Translations under genes and position numbers: made by a program
Assembly: GCA_049510395.1 (NCBI GenBank)
Contig: JBEKYY010000012.1
Location: 7,530 to 71,529 of the forward strand
Origin: Verrucomicrobiota bacterium
GTDB taxonomy: Bacteria > Verrucomicrobiota > Verrucomicrobiia > Limisphaerales > UBA11358
DNA: 64,000 nucleotides
Reading direction: 5' to 3'
In this document: positions 18,405 through 27,448 of the stretch, piece by piece
Layout of the letters: the number at the start of each line of letters is the position of its first letter
How positions within the stretch are numbered: the first letter of the stretch is position 1
The notes under the pieces: model-generated
The model's input: the letters and a program-made list of their open reading frames with translations, nothing else
Told to the model about the DNA's origin: nothing
The model's database searches: none

Positions 18405-20258
18405 TCAGGGTGCGATTCGCACTTTGACGCGATATAACCGGGCGGCGTCGGGTGGCCGGTTCGTCTGGCTTAACTCGAGCAAGCCCGCGTTGCCGGCAAT
18501 GTCAACCTGGCCGGGCAGCGGGGTCCACGAATTTGCGACCGAGTTCGTCCAAAACTCCAGGGTGTAAAGGCGGTTGAGCGCCGATTGGAAAGACAGCACG
18601 CAATTGGCGCCGACGGCGATGGACGCGATGTGAAAATAGTCGGCGTCATCCCGCGGGTCGGTGCCCGCAAGATATTCATTCAAATTGCTGACGCCGTCGC
18701 CGTCGGAATCCAAGGCTGCGTCGTTCGGATCGTTTGGGTTGAGGTTGTGCCAGAGTTCCCACCAGTCGGGCATGCCGTCGCCGTCGCTGTCACCGAGGCC
18801 AAGCGCCGCCAGGGCATCCACGCGGCCCCAGCCGTAAGTGTTATTGGGAATTTCGGTGCCCGGAATACCTCCGCACAATTGGGGGTCGGTGCGGGGAACA
18901 GCGGTGTGTTCAATGATACGTTCGATGCCGTCCACCTGGCCTTTGAGTTCCGGGTGCGCCGAAATCAACAAGGCCACCACGCCCACGACGTGCGGTCCCG
19001 CCATGCTCGTGCCGCTCCAGCCATCGGCATAACCGTTGCCGGGCACGCTGGAACGGATGTCAACCCCGGGCGCGGAGACATCGGGTTTGAGCCGGTTGCT
19101 GCCGTCCGCCGCGACCGGGCCGCGGCTGCTGAAACTGGCGATGTTGTCGCCGCTGTCCGTGGCGCCAACGGAGAAGGAAGCGTCGTAGATGGCTGGAGAT
19201 GTAATCGTGCTGCAACCGGAGCCTTCATTGCCGGCAGAGACGACGACGACCACGCCGGCGGCACGAAGATTCTCGACGGCAGTTTGGAAGACGAGGAGGT
19301 TGGTGGTGCCTTCGGAGGCGTCAGAGTACCAGGAGTTGTTGATCACATCGGGGGCTTTGGACGGGTCAGGATTTTGTCCATTGAGATCCGTCGGCGCGAG
19401 GAACCACTGAAAACACTCCGCATAGGTGGCGGGGGTGCCCCAACCGCGTTCCATGTTGCGGCAGCCAATCCATTTGGCCCCGGGCGCCATGCCGATCTGA
19501 TTGCCCGCGCCATCGTCACCGACCATGGTACCCATGGTGTGGGTGCCGTGGGATTGGTCATCACACGGTGCCGTCAAATTGTAACCGCATGGATTGACGC
19601 CCGAGTTGTGGGGATTAAGGCCGTGAATGGCGTCGTGCCAATTATAATTGTGATTGGCGTTGGTGCCATCCCAACCCCGGTAGTGATTTATCAGGGCGGG
19701 GTGATTCCATTGGTAGCCGGTGTCCTGTCCGGCCACCACGACGCCCTGGCCGGTGTAACCCAGCGCCCACACATCGGGCGCGTGGACTTTGGAAATGTTC
19801 CACTCCACCGAGCTGGCGATTCCAGGGGCCGCGGTCGCGGGCGGAAGATCCGGGACCCGGTTCGCGGCATTCGCAACAATGCGGGCGGTGTCTGACCTTT
19901 GCGCCAGTGATTGGATGGCCGACAAATCGCCGCGCACGCAAATCATGTTTGCCACCCAGAACGGTTGATATTCCAACTTTTGTTCCTGCAGCGTTTTCAA
20001 GAGCGGCCGCTGGGTGCGTTGTGCCACTTCCGTCAGGCGTTCGAAAACATACCTGCCTTTGGCATCCTTGGTCTTCAGCGCGGCGGCGCCGCTCAAATCC
20101 GCCTGCTCGGACAGGATGACGAGGAATTCATTGGTGGCCGGCGCGCCTTGCAGCAGGCGCGGATCCACCTTGTCCTGCCAATTTTCCGGAACCCCGGCCC
20201 GGCTCGTCAAAACTGCCAGAACCAGACAGGCGCTCGTTGCGATCCATTTCATAAGCAA
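18405..20258 (-). CDS. Secreted S8 (subtilisin-family) serine peptidase with propeptide and C-terminal calcium-binding-type repeats
   Basis: Signal peptide. Catalytic triad contexts VVAGQDTGY (Asp), HGTHTMGTMVG (His), GTSMAGPHVVG (Ser). DSDGDGMPDWWE and DSDGDGVSNLNEY are thrombospondin-type-3-like repeats. Confidence 0.9.
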   Translation of the reverse strand: MLMKWIATSACLVLAVLTSRAGVPENWQDKVDPRLLQGAPATNEFLVILSEQADLSGAAALKTKDAKGRYVFERLTEVAQRTQRPLLKTLQEQKLEYQPFWVANMICVRGDLSAIQSLAQRSDTARIVANAANRVPDLPPATAAPGIASSVEWNISKVHAPDVWALGYTGQGVVVAGQDTGYQWNHPALINHYRGWDGTNANHNYNWHDAIHGLNPHNSGVNPCGYNLTAPCDDQSHGTHTMGTMVGDDGAGNQIGMAPGAKWIGCRNMERGWGTPATYAECFQWFLAPTDLNGQNPDPSKAPDVINNSWYSDASEGTTNLLVFQTAVENLRAAGVVVVVSAGNEGSGCSTITSPAIYDASFSVGATDSGDNIASFSSRGPVAADGSNRLKPDVSAPGVDIRSSVPGNGYADGWSGTSMAGPHVVGVVALLISAHPELKGQVDGIERIIEHTAVPRTDPQLCGGIPGTEIPNNTYGWGRVDALAALGLGDSDGDGMPDWWELWHNLNPNDPNDAALDSDGDGVSNLNEYLAGTDPRDDADYFHIASIAVGANCVLSFQSALNRLYTLEFWTNSVANSWTPLPGQVDIAGNAGLLELSQTNRPPDAARLYRVKVRIAP

Positions 20259-20401
20259 GATGCAATTTCCAAAGTCATATACAACTTACCCTCGATTGAT
20301 GACGCTGTCATGGAATTTGAGAATGTCACCGTTTGAAACGGGCACTCTTCAATCGTGAACCCTTGCGCAAAGCCGCGAAGGCGCGAATTTTTGCAATCGG
20401 T

Positions 20402-20692
20402 TTAATGAAGCTTTCGCCTGTGAATGCCCGGATCACGGCGACAATCCAGCACGGCTTTGACGAACACGGTTCCCGCTTCCTCGGAGTAGTAAATGGCGTA
20501 AGGAAATCGTTTCGAGAGCAGACGGTGATTGTTAAAAACTTTTCGATGGATGCCGGCATACAAATGCAAGGAATCAATGTCCGAAAAAAGCGATTCCAAG
20601 AAATAACCGCCCAAACCTTCTTGCTAGTGTTCGTAAAACCGGAAGCCGTCGGCCAAATCGTCCCGGGCCGCCGGCAGAATGACAATTTTCAT
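20402..20692 (-). pseudogene. ParE/RelE-family toxin gene interrupted by an in-frame TAG
   Basis: My own translation from the ATG at 20692: MKIVILPAARDDLADGFRFYEH*QEGLGGYFLESLFSDID...RFPYAIYYSEEAGTVFVKAVLDCRRDP. The TAG lies at 20624..20626. ATGA overlap with the antitoxin stop. The ORF track shows only the 70-aa distal part (20402..20614). Confidence 0.65.
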
Positions 20693-20913
20693 GTCAATTT
20701 GTCGCGGAGTTGTTTCTTGGCGGTTTCCCAATCCATGAACGATTGCTTGCCCGACTTGATTGCCTTTTCGCGGTCATGCAAAACATCACCATGCCACGCG
20801 GGGGATTCGACTTGCGCCTCGTTGCGGCTCAAGTCGGCCCACAACGCTTCCATCGCGCGCAATTTTTCCGCGACCGTCATCTTGTCCAATGGCAGTGTAG
20901 CTTCCATCTTCAA
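20689..20913 (-). CDS. Addiction-module antitoxin (Unstab_antitox / TIGR02574-like)
   Basis: 74 aa. The pattern MTVAEKLRAMEALWADLS...PAWHGDVLHDREKA...SFMDWETAKKQLR is typical of this antitoxin family. It sits immediately upstream of a ParE-like gene and overlaps it. Confidence 0.75.
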   Translation of the reverse strand: MKMEATLPLDKMTVAEKLRAMEALWADLSRNEAQVESPAWHGDVLHDREKAIKSGKQSFMDWETAKKQLRDKLT

Positions 20914-20956
20914 TTTAATTAAGCCGCTTTGGTGGTGAATGCAAGTGGCAAGCGTC

Positions 20957-21967
20957 TCATTCCTGATCCGTGACGATGTCGTGGAATTTCAGGATGTCGC
21001 CCTTTTCGCCCTTGAGTTCGGTTTCCTTGAACTTGATGGCGGTGCGCGGATGCTGGTTGAGCATGCCGGTCAACAGGTAGGGCAGGTCATAGCCCCACAG
21101 CAGCTTGGCGCGCATCGGCTCGATGTGGTCTTGCACGCAGCCCAGCACGGGACGAAGGTCGTATTTCGGGTTGTGGAGAAAACTGATGAGCAGTTCCATC
21201 GGACAATTGCCCGCGCCCCGGCCCAGACCGCCCATCGTGGCGTCGAGAAAATTGGCGCCCCCAACGATGCCCTCGATGGTGTTGGCGTAGGCCAGTTGAA
21301 GGTTGTTGTGCATGTGCACGCCCACCTCCTTGCCGGTAGGCTTGCAGTGCGAAAGATATTTCTTCACCAGCAGACGGATCTGCTCGCTGTAAAATGCCCC
21401 GAAACTGTCCACCAGATAAACGACCTTGGCTTCGGATTTGGCGAGCATTTCCAGCCCCTCGTCCAGTTCGCGGTCGGGGATGATTGAAGCGGCCATCAGG
21501 TTGATGGTGGTTTCGTAACCCTTGTCGTGGGCGTTCTTGACCATGTCCAGCGCGGTGGGAATCTGGCTGATGTAGGTGGCCACGCGGATCATGTCGATGA
21601 CCGAATCCTTCTTTGGCAGGATGTCCTCGTGGTAATCGCAACGTTCCGCGTCCGCCATGACCGTGAGTTTGAGGTCGGTCGGGTTGTCGCCGACGACGCG
21701 GCGCAGGTCGTCCTCCTGGCAATATTTCCAGCAGCCGTGTTCGCCCTGCTTGATGCCTTTGCGCGAGGCCTTGTAGCCGAGTTCCATGTAATCAATGCCC
21801 GCGGCGACGCACGTGTCATAGACCACCTTCACAATCTGGTCATCGAAGTGATGGTTGTTCATCAATCCGCCGTCGCGGATGGTGCAATCGAGGACTTTGA
21901 TTTCGGGGCGGAAGGAGAGCCAGCGGCCGGCGGCGGTCTCCCTGGGTTTGGCGGTTTTGGGGCTCAT
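20957..21967 (-). CDS. HMGL-like / DRE-TIM metallolyase (aldolase catalytic domain) protein
   Basis: Start MSPKTAKP at 21967. Motifs: VLDCTIRDGG (substrate/metal motif), GVHMHNNLQLAYANT, GGLGRGAGNCPME. Confidence 0.75.
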   Translation of the reverse strand: MSPKTAKPRETAAGRWLSFRPEIKVLDCTIRDGGLMNNHHFDDQIVKVVYDTCVAAGIDYMELGYKASRKGIKQGEHGCWKYCQEDDLRRVVGDNPTDLKLTVMADAERCDYHEDILPKKDSVIDMIRVATYISQIPTALDMVKNAHDKGYETTINLMAASIIPDRELDEGLEMLAKSEAKVVYLVDSFGAFYSEQIRLLVKKYLSHCKPTGKEVGVHMHNNLQLAYANTIEGIVGGANFLDATMGGLGRGAGNCPMELLISFLHNPKYDLRPVLGCVQDHIEPMRAKLLWGYDLPYLLTGMLNQHPRTAIKFKETELKGEKGDILKFHDIVTDQE

Positions 21968-22235
21968 AAGTTGGGTTTGAAAAAAGTATTCACGCCACAT
22001 TATCCAGCAAGCAGCCTGAAACACAAGGCGGGAGTGAACGCAGGCGGGCCTGTCCACCATAGCCCCGGGCGAAGGTGGATGCCCCCTGAATGCCAACTAC
22101 CTGATTTTTAGCCACGGATGAACACGGATGAACACGGATTGAAACTGCGAAAAATGCGAACCACACAAAATCCTCCTAACCCAAAAGAAAATTTTTTCAA
22201 AGCTGCCCACCACCTTATCAACACTTTGCCCGCCA

Positions 22236-23036
22236 TCAATGGCCGATGGAAGATTGGGAAGGATTTTTTGAACCCACCGCCGCATTCTTTAATTTCAGCA
22301 TTTCAGAATGTAATTGCTGCGCCAGCTCCTTGCGGCTGGTGTCAATGGATTGAATGGGGGCAAAGCGAACAAAAGCCCGGAAGGTACGCTTGCTCAACAG
22401 GTTCAGCAGGTGCGAAAAAAATGTCACGTCGCCCCAATAACAAACGTCTTTGCTCGCGTCGCCATCTTCGAGATCATACTGAATCAAGCTGATGGAAAGG
22501 GAATGAATTTGCCGCGTGGCCGGCTCGAGCAACGATGACTTGAACGGCAAGACGGTCTGGCCGTCCGAACTCGTTCCTTCGGGAAACACAACCACCAGCG
22601 CGCCGCCATCAAGCGCGGTTTGGATGGCGGCATTCACCGGCGCGACGTCCATCCGCCGTTCGCGATCAATAAACAGCGTGCCCGCCAGCCGGGCGAGCCA
22701 GCCGATGACCGGCCACGATTTGATTTCGTGCTTCGCGACAAAAACCGCGGGCGTGAGCGACGCCATCACCGGCACGTCGAGGTAGCTCAAATGATTGCTC
22801 ACGAGCAGGCCGCCGGACGGAACCGGCCCGGCGACTTGCGCTTCGAATTTGAAAATTCGCAGGATGCGGCGGGAAGCCCGTTGCAGCCACAAGGCACGCG
22901 CGGCCACCGCGGATTTTTTCGGATGGAACGCGCAGCGGATCAAAAAATCAAACAGCGCGATAATAACTTCGCCGGCAAACCAAAGCAGCCGCCCCAAAAC
23001 GCGGAATGGATGTCGGCGCAATCCTTTCATGCTCAA
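22236..23036 (-). CDS. plsC: Lysophospholipid (1-acyl-sn-glycerol-3-phosphate) acyltransferase family protein
   Basis: HX4D motif in VSNHLSYLDV, plus the FPEGTSS motif and an N-terminal hydrophobic segment. Confidence 0.8.
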   Translation of the reverse strand: MSMKGLRRHPFRVLGRLLWFAGEVIIALFDFLIRCAFHPKKSAVAARALWLQRASRRILRIFKFEAQVAGPVPSGGLLVSNHLSYLDVPVMASLTPAVFVAKHEIKSWPVIGWLARLAGTLFIDRERRMDVAPVNAAIQTALDGGALVVVFPEGTSSDGQTVLPFKSSLLEPATRQIHSLSISLIQYDLEDGDASKDVCYWGDVTFFSHLLNLLSKRTFRAFVRFAPIQSIDTSRKELAQQLHSEMLKLKNAAVGSKNPSQSSIGH

Positions 23037-23375
23037 GTTTCAAACGCGATGACGGTGGCGGTCAACCAAGAAAATGAAAGGTCACTCATTAGCGCATCAG
23101 CGTGAGCGGTCAATAGCGAAAAAGCGTCTCCTTCAAACAGTCTTTTTATTAAAAGCTGTTTTTGTCTTTGACCGGTGTGGACGGCGGGCATAACCGTTTG
23201 CACCCAAAAAAAATCAAACAATTAGCAATAATGGTTAAGACTGCGGGCTTGTTTTAATTCAATTTTTTACACGGAAGATGTGCATCGCGTGCCTTTTGAT
23301 GGCGGGCGTCACCAAAGCGGACCAGCCCCGACGTGTCGGGGTTGGGCAGCCGCCGGCAAGACGCTTCCGGCCGCA

Positions 23376-23637
23376 ATTCGCGTAAAAGGCTTCGGCCTCA
23401 CGCGACAAGGGTTGCGCCTTGATGTAAAGGCACGCTTGGGGTATTAAAAACGCAGCACCCGGAAGCAAGTGACGGTGGAACATTTTGTCGGCGGATTCGC
23501 GTAAAAGGCCTGCGGCCTCACGCGACAGGGCGCCGCCGGGCGGAATGGCCTCGCAACTGGTCACCGGTCGCGTAAAAGGGCGTAAAGCCCCGTGGGGGCC
23601 ACGCCCCTTTACGGGGCCTTCAGCCTCACGCGACGGG
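23376..23637 (+). repeat. Cluster of three hairpin repeats (CGCGTAAAAGGC-loop-GCCTCACGCGAC)
   Basis: Copies at 23376..23410, 23495..23530 and 23569..23637; the third has a nested insertion in the loop. A fourth copy lies at 27231..27257. Confidence 0.6.
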
Positions 23638-23802
23638 TCAGGACGTTCCTCTCCGAGAGGAAGGCCGGAAAGACGGACAGGATGAGATGGCCTTGAAACG
23701 CAAACATACAAAGACGCGCGGAGCAGGGGAGTTTCTCAAATTCCCCGGGGCGAATTCCATTTCTTCAATCACCGTCCGTGACAGCATCACCTCCCTTTCC
23801 GC

Positions 23803-24984
23803 ATGAGCGATCGCAAACTGGCCTTTCTGTACTCGCCCGAAATCGAAGGGTTGAGTTATCCGCCGGATTGTCCTTTCAAAACCCAGCGCGCCAGCCTCAC
23901 GCGCCAGCGCCTGAAATCGTTCGGATTGCTCGGCGGCGAGGGGTGCGTCGAGGTCGCGCCGCGCAAGGCTTCCCTGGCCGAGTTGAAAAAGTTTCACACC
24001 GACCGTTATCTGCAGGAACTGCAACGGGTCGCCGGCGGTGATTTGACCGTGGAAGGCTTTCACATGGGCATGGGTGGCCTGGACACGCCGGTGTTCAAGG
24101 ACATGTTCGAATGCGGCGCCTGGGCCTGCGGCGCGGGACTGGTCGCCGCCGACCTGTTGCTGGAGGGCAGGGCGGACATCGCTTTCAATTTGCTGGGCGG
24201 TTTTCATCACGCAATGGCGGAGCGCGCGGCGGGATTTTGTTATTTGAACGACATGGTGCTCGCCTGCATGAAACTGGCCGACGCCGGCAAGCGGGTCTTG
24301 TATCTGGACGTGGACGCGCATCACGGCGACGGAGTGCAGTCGGCTTTTTATCAACGTAAGGATGTGATGACCATCTCAATGCATGAGACCGGCAAGACGC
24401 TTTTCCCCTGGGGCGGTTTTGAAAATGAAACCGGCGAAGGGCCGGGGCTGGGTTACAACATCAATGTTCCGCTGCCGCCCGAAACCTATGACAAGGCCTT
24501 TCTGACGGCGTTCGACAGCGTCGTGGTTCCGCTGGTGGAATTTTTCCGTCCCGACGTCATGGTATTGGAACTGGGGATGGACATGCTGGCGGGCGATCCG
24601 CTGACGCATCTGCGCATGACCAACAACGTGGTGGTGGAGGTCATCGAACGGCTGTTGCGGTTCAATCATCCGATGCTGGTGGCGGGCGGCGGCGGGTATC
24701 ACGTCGAGAACACCGTGCGCGGCTGGGCCCTGGCCTGGCGGACGTGTTGCGGCGGGGATGAGGAATGTGATTTTGGCCTGGGCATGGGCGGCGTGATGCT
24801 GGCCAGCACCGAATGGGCGGGCGGCCTGCGGGACCGCACCCTGGCCGTCACCGCGGAGCAACGCCGGGCCGTTGAACCGGAGTTGCAGGCCACCATTAAA
24901 ATTATCACCAATAATGTTTTCCGGCTTCATGGCATTCAGGCCGGTTCCGGCCAGGGGGTGACAACGCCCGGCCGGGCCGGTTAA
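23803..24984 (+). CDS. acuC: Zn-dependent deacetylase of the histone deacetylase / AcuC family
   Basis: LAFLYSPE...HPF-type N-terminus, [39 protein letters not shown] and GGGGYH motifs. Confidence 0.85.
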   Translation: MSDRKLAFLYSPEIEGLSYPPDCPFKTQRASLTRQRLKSFGLLGGEGCVEVAPRKASLAELKKFHTDRYLQELQRVAGGDLTVEGFHMGMGGLDTPVFKDMFECGAWACGAGLVAADLLLEGRADIAFNLLGGFHHAMAERAAGFCYLNDMVLACMKLADAGKRVLYLDVDAHHGDGVQSAFYQRKDVMTISMHETGKTLFPWGGFENETGEGPGLGYNINVPLPPETYDKAFLTAFDSVVVPLVEFFRPDVMVLELGMDMLAGDPLTHLRMTNNVVVEVIERLLRFNHPMLVAGGGGYHVENTVRGWALAWRTCCGGDEECDFGLGMGGVMLASTEWAGGLRDRTLAVTAEQRRAVEPELQATIKIITNNVFRLHGIQAGSGQGVTTPGRAG

Positions 24985-24992
24985 AATTTTAT

Positions 24993-25185
24993 GGAATTCT
25001 TTGACAAACCATACGGTAATCGACGGATCTCCCTCTCCGCCGCGAAGCGGGGGAGAGGGTCGCCCGTCCTCCGTAGCAGTACTGCGGAGGGTGGAGGGAG
25101 GGGTGATGCTGATTTTCAAAACTCCCCTCTCCGGTCGCTTCGCGACACCCTCTCCCCGCTTGGGCGGGGCGAGGGAACAATTCCT
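24993..25185 (+). repeat. MITE-like repeat family M1, copy upstream of acs
   Basis: CTCCCTCTCCGCCGCGAAGCGGGGGAGAGGG hairpin + CGTCCTCCGTAGCAGTACTGCGGAGGGTGGAG hairpin + CCCTCTCCCCGCTTGGGCGGGGCGAGGG hairpin. Same module order as 44037..44238. It inflates ORF 25001..27202 at its 5' end. Confidence 0.55.
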
Positions 25186-25222
25186 GAAATTTAGACAACA
25201 TCAAACAACCAAGAAACCTATC

Positions 25223-27202
25223 ATGACAAATCCAACCAAGACCATTTCTACCAGTTCGCTGATGCAGGAAAACCGGACGTTCCCACCCAGCCCGGAAGTG
25301 ATCAAACGCGCCTACATCAACGCCGAGCAGTACAAAAAGATGTATGAACGCTCGATCAATGACCCGGACGGGTTCTGGCTCGAACAGGCCGCGACGCTCG
25401 ACTGGTTCAAGAAACCCACGGTGGGCCGCAAATATGTGTGGGACACCGCCGCAAAAAGAATCGAGCACACGTGGTTTGAAGACGGACAGCTCAACATCAG
25501 CGTCAACTGCCTCGACCGTCATCTCAAGACCAAGGGCAACAAACTCGCGCTCATCTGGCAGGGCGAGCCGGAAAACGATGTGGTCAAGCTCACCTATGCG
25601 CAATTGCACAAGGAAGTCTGCAAGTTCGCCAATGTGCTGAAATCGCTCGGCATCAAGAAGGGTGACCGCGTTTCGATTTATCTGCCGATGATACCCGAAC
25701 TGCCCATCGTGATGCTGGCCTGCGCGCGGCTCGGGGTGATTCATTCCGTGGTCTTCGGCGGATTCAGCGCCGAGGCGCTGGCGGGCCGCATCAACGACTC
25801 GACCTGCAAACTGCTGGTCACGTCCAACGTTTCGTTGCGCGCCGGCAAGAGCATTCCGCTGAAGAACATCGCCGACGAGGCGCTGAAGGAAACGGCCAGC
25901 ATCGAAAAGGTGGTCGTGGTCAAACGTAACGACAGCCCCTGCCACATGGTCGCCGGACGCGACGTCTGGTATCATGACCAGATGGCCAAGGCGGGCGCGG
26001 ATTGCAAGCCGGAGGTCATGAACGCCGAGGATCCGTTGTTCATGCTTTACACCTCAGGCTCCACTGGCAAACCGAAAGGCGTTGTCCACGTTACTGGCAG
26101 CTACCTGATGTTCACCAGCATCACCCATAAATACATCTTCGACGTGCATGAAGACGACATTTTCTGGTGCACCGCCGACATCGGCTGGGTCACCGGCCAC
26201 AGTTACATTGTCTATGGCCCGCTCTGCAACGGGGCGACCAGTTTGATGTTCGAAGGCGTGCCGACGTTCCCGGATGCCGGTCGTTTCTGGCACATCGTGC
26301 AGAAATTCAAAGTGACCGTTTTCTACACCGCACCAACCGCCATCCGCTCGCTCATTCGCCTCGGCGAAGAATGGCCGAATAAACACGACATGAGCACGCT
26401 GCGCCTTCTCGGCTCCGTGGGCGAACCGATCAATCCGGAGGCATGGATGTGGTATCACCGCGTCATTGGCAAGGGCCGTTGCCCAATCGTGGACACTTGG
26501 TGGCAGACCGAGACGGGCGGCATTCTCATCACGCCGCTGCCGGGGGCGCACACGCTCAAACCCGGCAGCGCCTGCCGGCCCTTCTTCGGCGTCGAACCGG
26601 TCATCCTGCGCGATGATGGCAAGGAAGTGGGACTGAACGAAGGCGGCAAGCTCTGCATCAAGAAACCCTGGCCGGGCATGATGCGCACCACGTGGGGCGA
26701 CCACCAGCGGTTCGTCGAAACCTACTTCACGATGTATCCGAACATCTATTTCACCGGCGACGGCTGCCGGATTGACGAGGACGGCGACTACTGGTTGATG
26801 GGCCGCATTGACGACGTGGTGAACGTTTCCGGCCATCGCATCGGCACGGCGGAAGTCGAGAGCGCGCTGGTCAGCCATCCGAAGGTGGCCGAGGCCGCCG
26901 TGGCGCCCATGCCGCACGACATCAAAGGACAGGGGCTTTACGCCTTTGTGACGCTCAAGGACGGTGTCAAGGACAGCGACGAACTCAAAAAGGAGCTCAT
27001 GGCGCACGTCCGTAAGGAAATCGGGCCGATTGCCGTGCCGGACAAGATTCAATTTGCGCCCGCGCTGCCGAAGACGCGTTCGGGCAAAATCATGCGCCGC
27101 ATTTTGCGCAAGATTGCCGAGAACGCCGTGGACCAGATTGGCGACACGTCCACCCTGGCCGATCCGCACGTTGTGGAAGCGCTGGTCAAAGGCAAGCAAT
27201 GA
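25223..27202 (+). CDS. acs: Acetyl-CoA synthetase (AMP-forming)
   Basis: Start MTNPTKTIS at 25223. [14 protein letters not shown]-binding motif, WWQTETGG, and the A10 motif [17 protein letters not shown] with the conserved acetylatable Lys. Confidence 0.95.
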   Translation: MTNPTKTISTSSLMQENRTFPPSPEVIKRAYINAEQYKKMYERSINDPDGFWLEQAATLDWFKKPTVGRKYVWDTAAKRIEHTWFEDGQLNISVNCLDRHLKTKGNKLALIWQGEPENDVVKLTYAQLHKEVCKFANVLKSLGIKKGDRVSIYLPMIPELPIVMLACARLGVIHSVVFGGFSAEALAGRINDSTCKLLVTSNVSLRAGKSIPLKNIADEALKETASIEKVVVVKRNDSPCHMVAGRDVWYHDQMAKAGADCKPEVMNAEDPLFMLYTSGSTGKPKGVVHVTGSYLMFTSITHKYIFDVHEDDIFWCTADIGWVTGHSYIVYGPLCNGATSLMFEGVPTFPDAGRFWHIVQKFKVTVFYTAPTAIRSLIRLGEEWPNKHDMSTLRLLGSVGEPINPEAWMWYHRVIGKGRCPIVDTWWQTETGGILITPLPGAHTLKPGSACRPFFGVEPVILRDDGKEVGLNEGGKLCIKKPWPGMMRTTWGDHQRFVETYFTMYPNIYFTGDGCRIDEDGDYWLMGRIDDVVNVSGHRIGTAEVESALVSHPKVAEAAVAPMPHDIKGQGLYAFVTLKDGVKDSDELKKELMAHVRKEIGPIAVPDKIQFAPALPKTRSGKIMRRILRKIAENAVDQIGDTSTLADPHVVEALVKGKQ

Positions 27203-27208
27203 AAGTTG

Positions 27209-27295
27209 TTGAGAGTTGAGGGTTGAGGGCCGCGTAAAAGGCTTTCAGCCTCACGCGGTGGAAAACATCGAACATTCAACATCCAACGTCGAACA
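27209..27295. repeat. Heptamer tandem arrays flanking a hairpin repeat
   Basis: (TTGAGRG)x3 at 27209..27229; hairpin CGCGTAAAAGGCTTTCAGCCTCACGCG at 27231..27257; (AACATCG-like)x6 at 27254..27295. Confidence 0.6.
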
Positions 27296-27335
27296 TCGAA
27301 TTTCGGCGTGGCGGGTGGTGGGTAACGGGTGACGG

Positions 27336-27429
27336 CGGAGCGCGGGTTGTCTCAACCCGCAGCACGTCCGACGCTCCCAAACCCGTGGGGCAATCCGGGC
27401 GGCTGCGGCTTGGGACAAGCCGCGCTCCG
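27336..27429. repeat. Double-hairpin inverted-repeat element, copy 1
   Basis: CGGAGCGCGGGTTGTCTCAACCCGCAG ...~40 nt... CTGCGGCTTGGGACAAGCCGCGCTCCG. Each arm is itself a 7-bp hairpin. Second copy at 38931..39039. Confidence 0.65.
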
Positions 27430-27448
27430 TTCCGAAGGAAACTAAACG

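Noticed and set aside
20624-20626. In-frame TAG in the ParE-like gene as pyrrolysine or programmed read-through
   Set aside because: No pyl genes or context are visible, and other genes in the window use TAG or TAA as ordinary stops. A CAG-to-TAG point mutation (pseudogenisation) is the simpler reading.
20326-20685. 119-aa ORF overlapping the toxin locus
   Set aside because: It lies in a different frame over the ParE-like reading frame, has no recognisable motifs and has no independent start context.
23376-23637. Possible CRISPR array (three similar hairpin repeats)
   Set aside because: There are only three units, with irregular spacing (about 119 and 74 nt) and unequal length. One copy has a nested insertion, another isolated copy lies at 27231, and no cas genes are present. 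This fits REP-like repeats.
25001-25222. N-terminal extensions of ORFs 25001..27202, 44142..45551, 10968..13133, 3292..6789, 1454..3496 and 840..1763
   Set aside because: The extensions run through intergenic repeats or upstream genes and encode low-complexity peptides. Internal ATGs give canonical N-termini (e.g. MTNPTKTIS for Acs, MIRSHVLVCGG for the NuoF fusion), often with ATGA overlaps.
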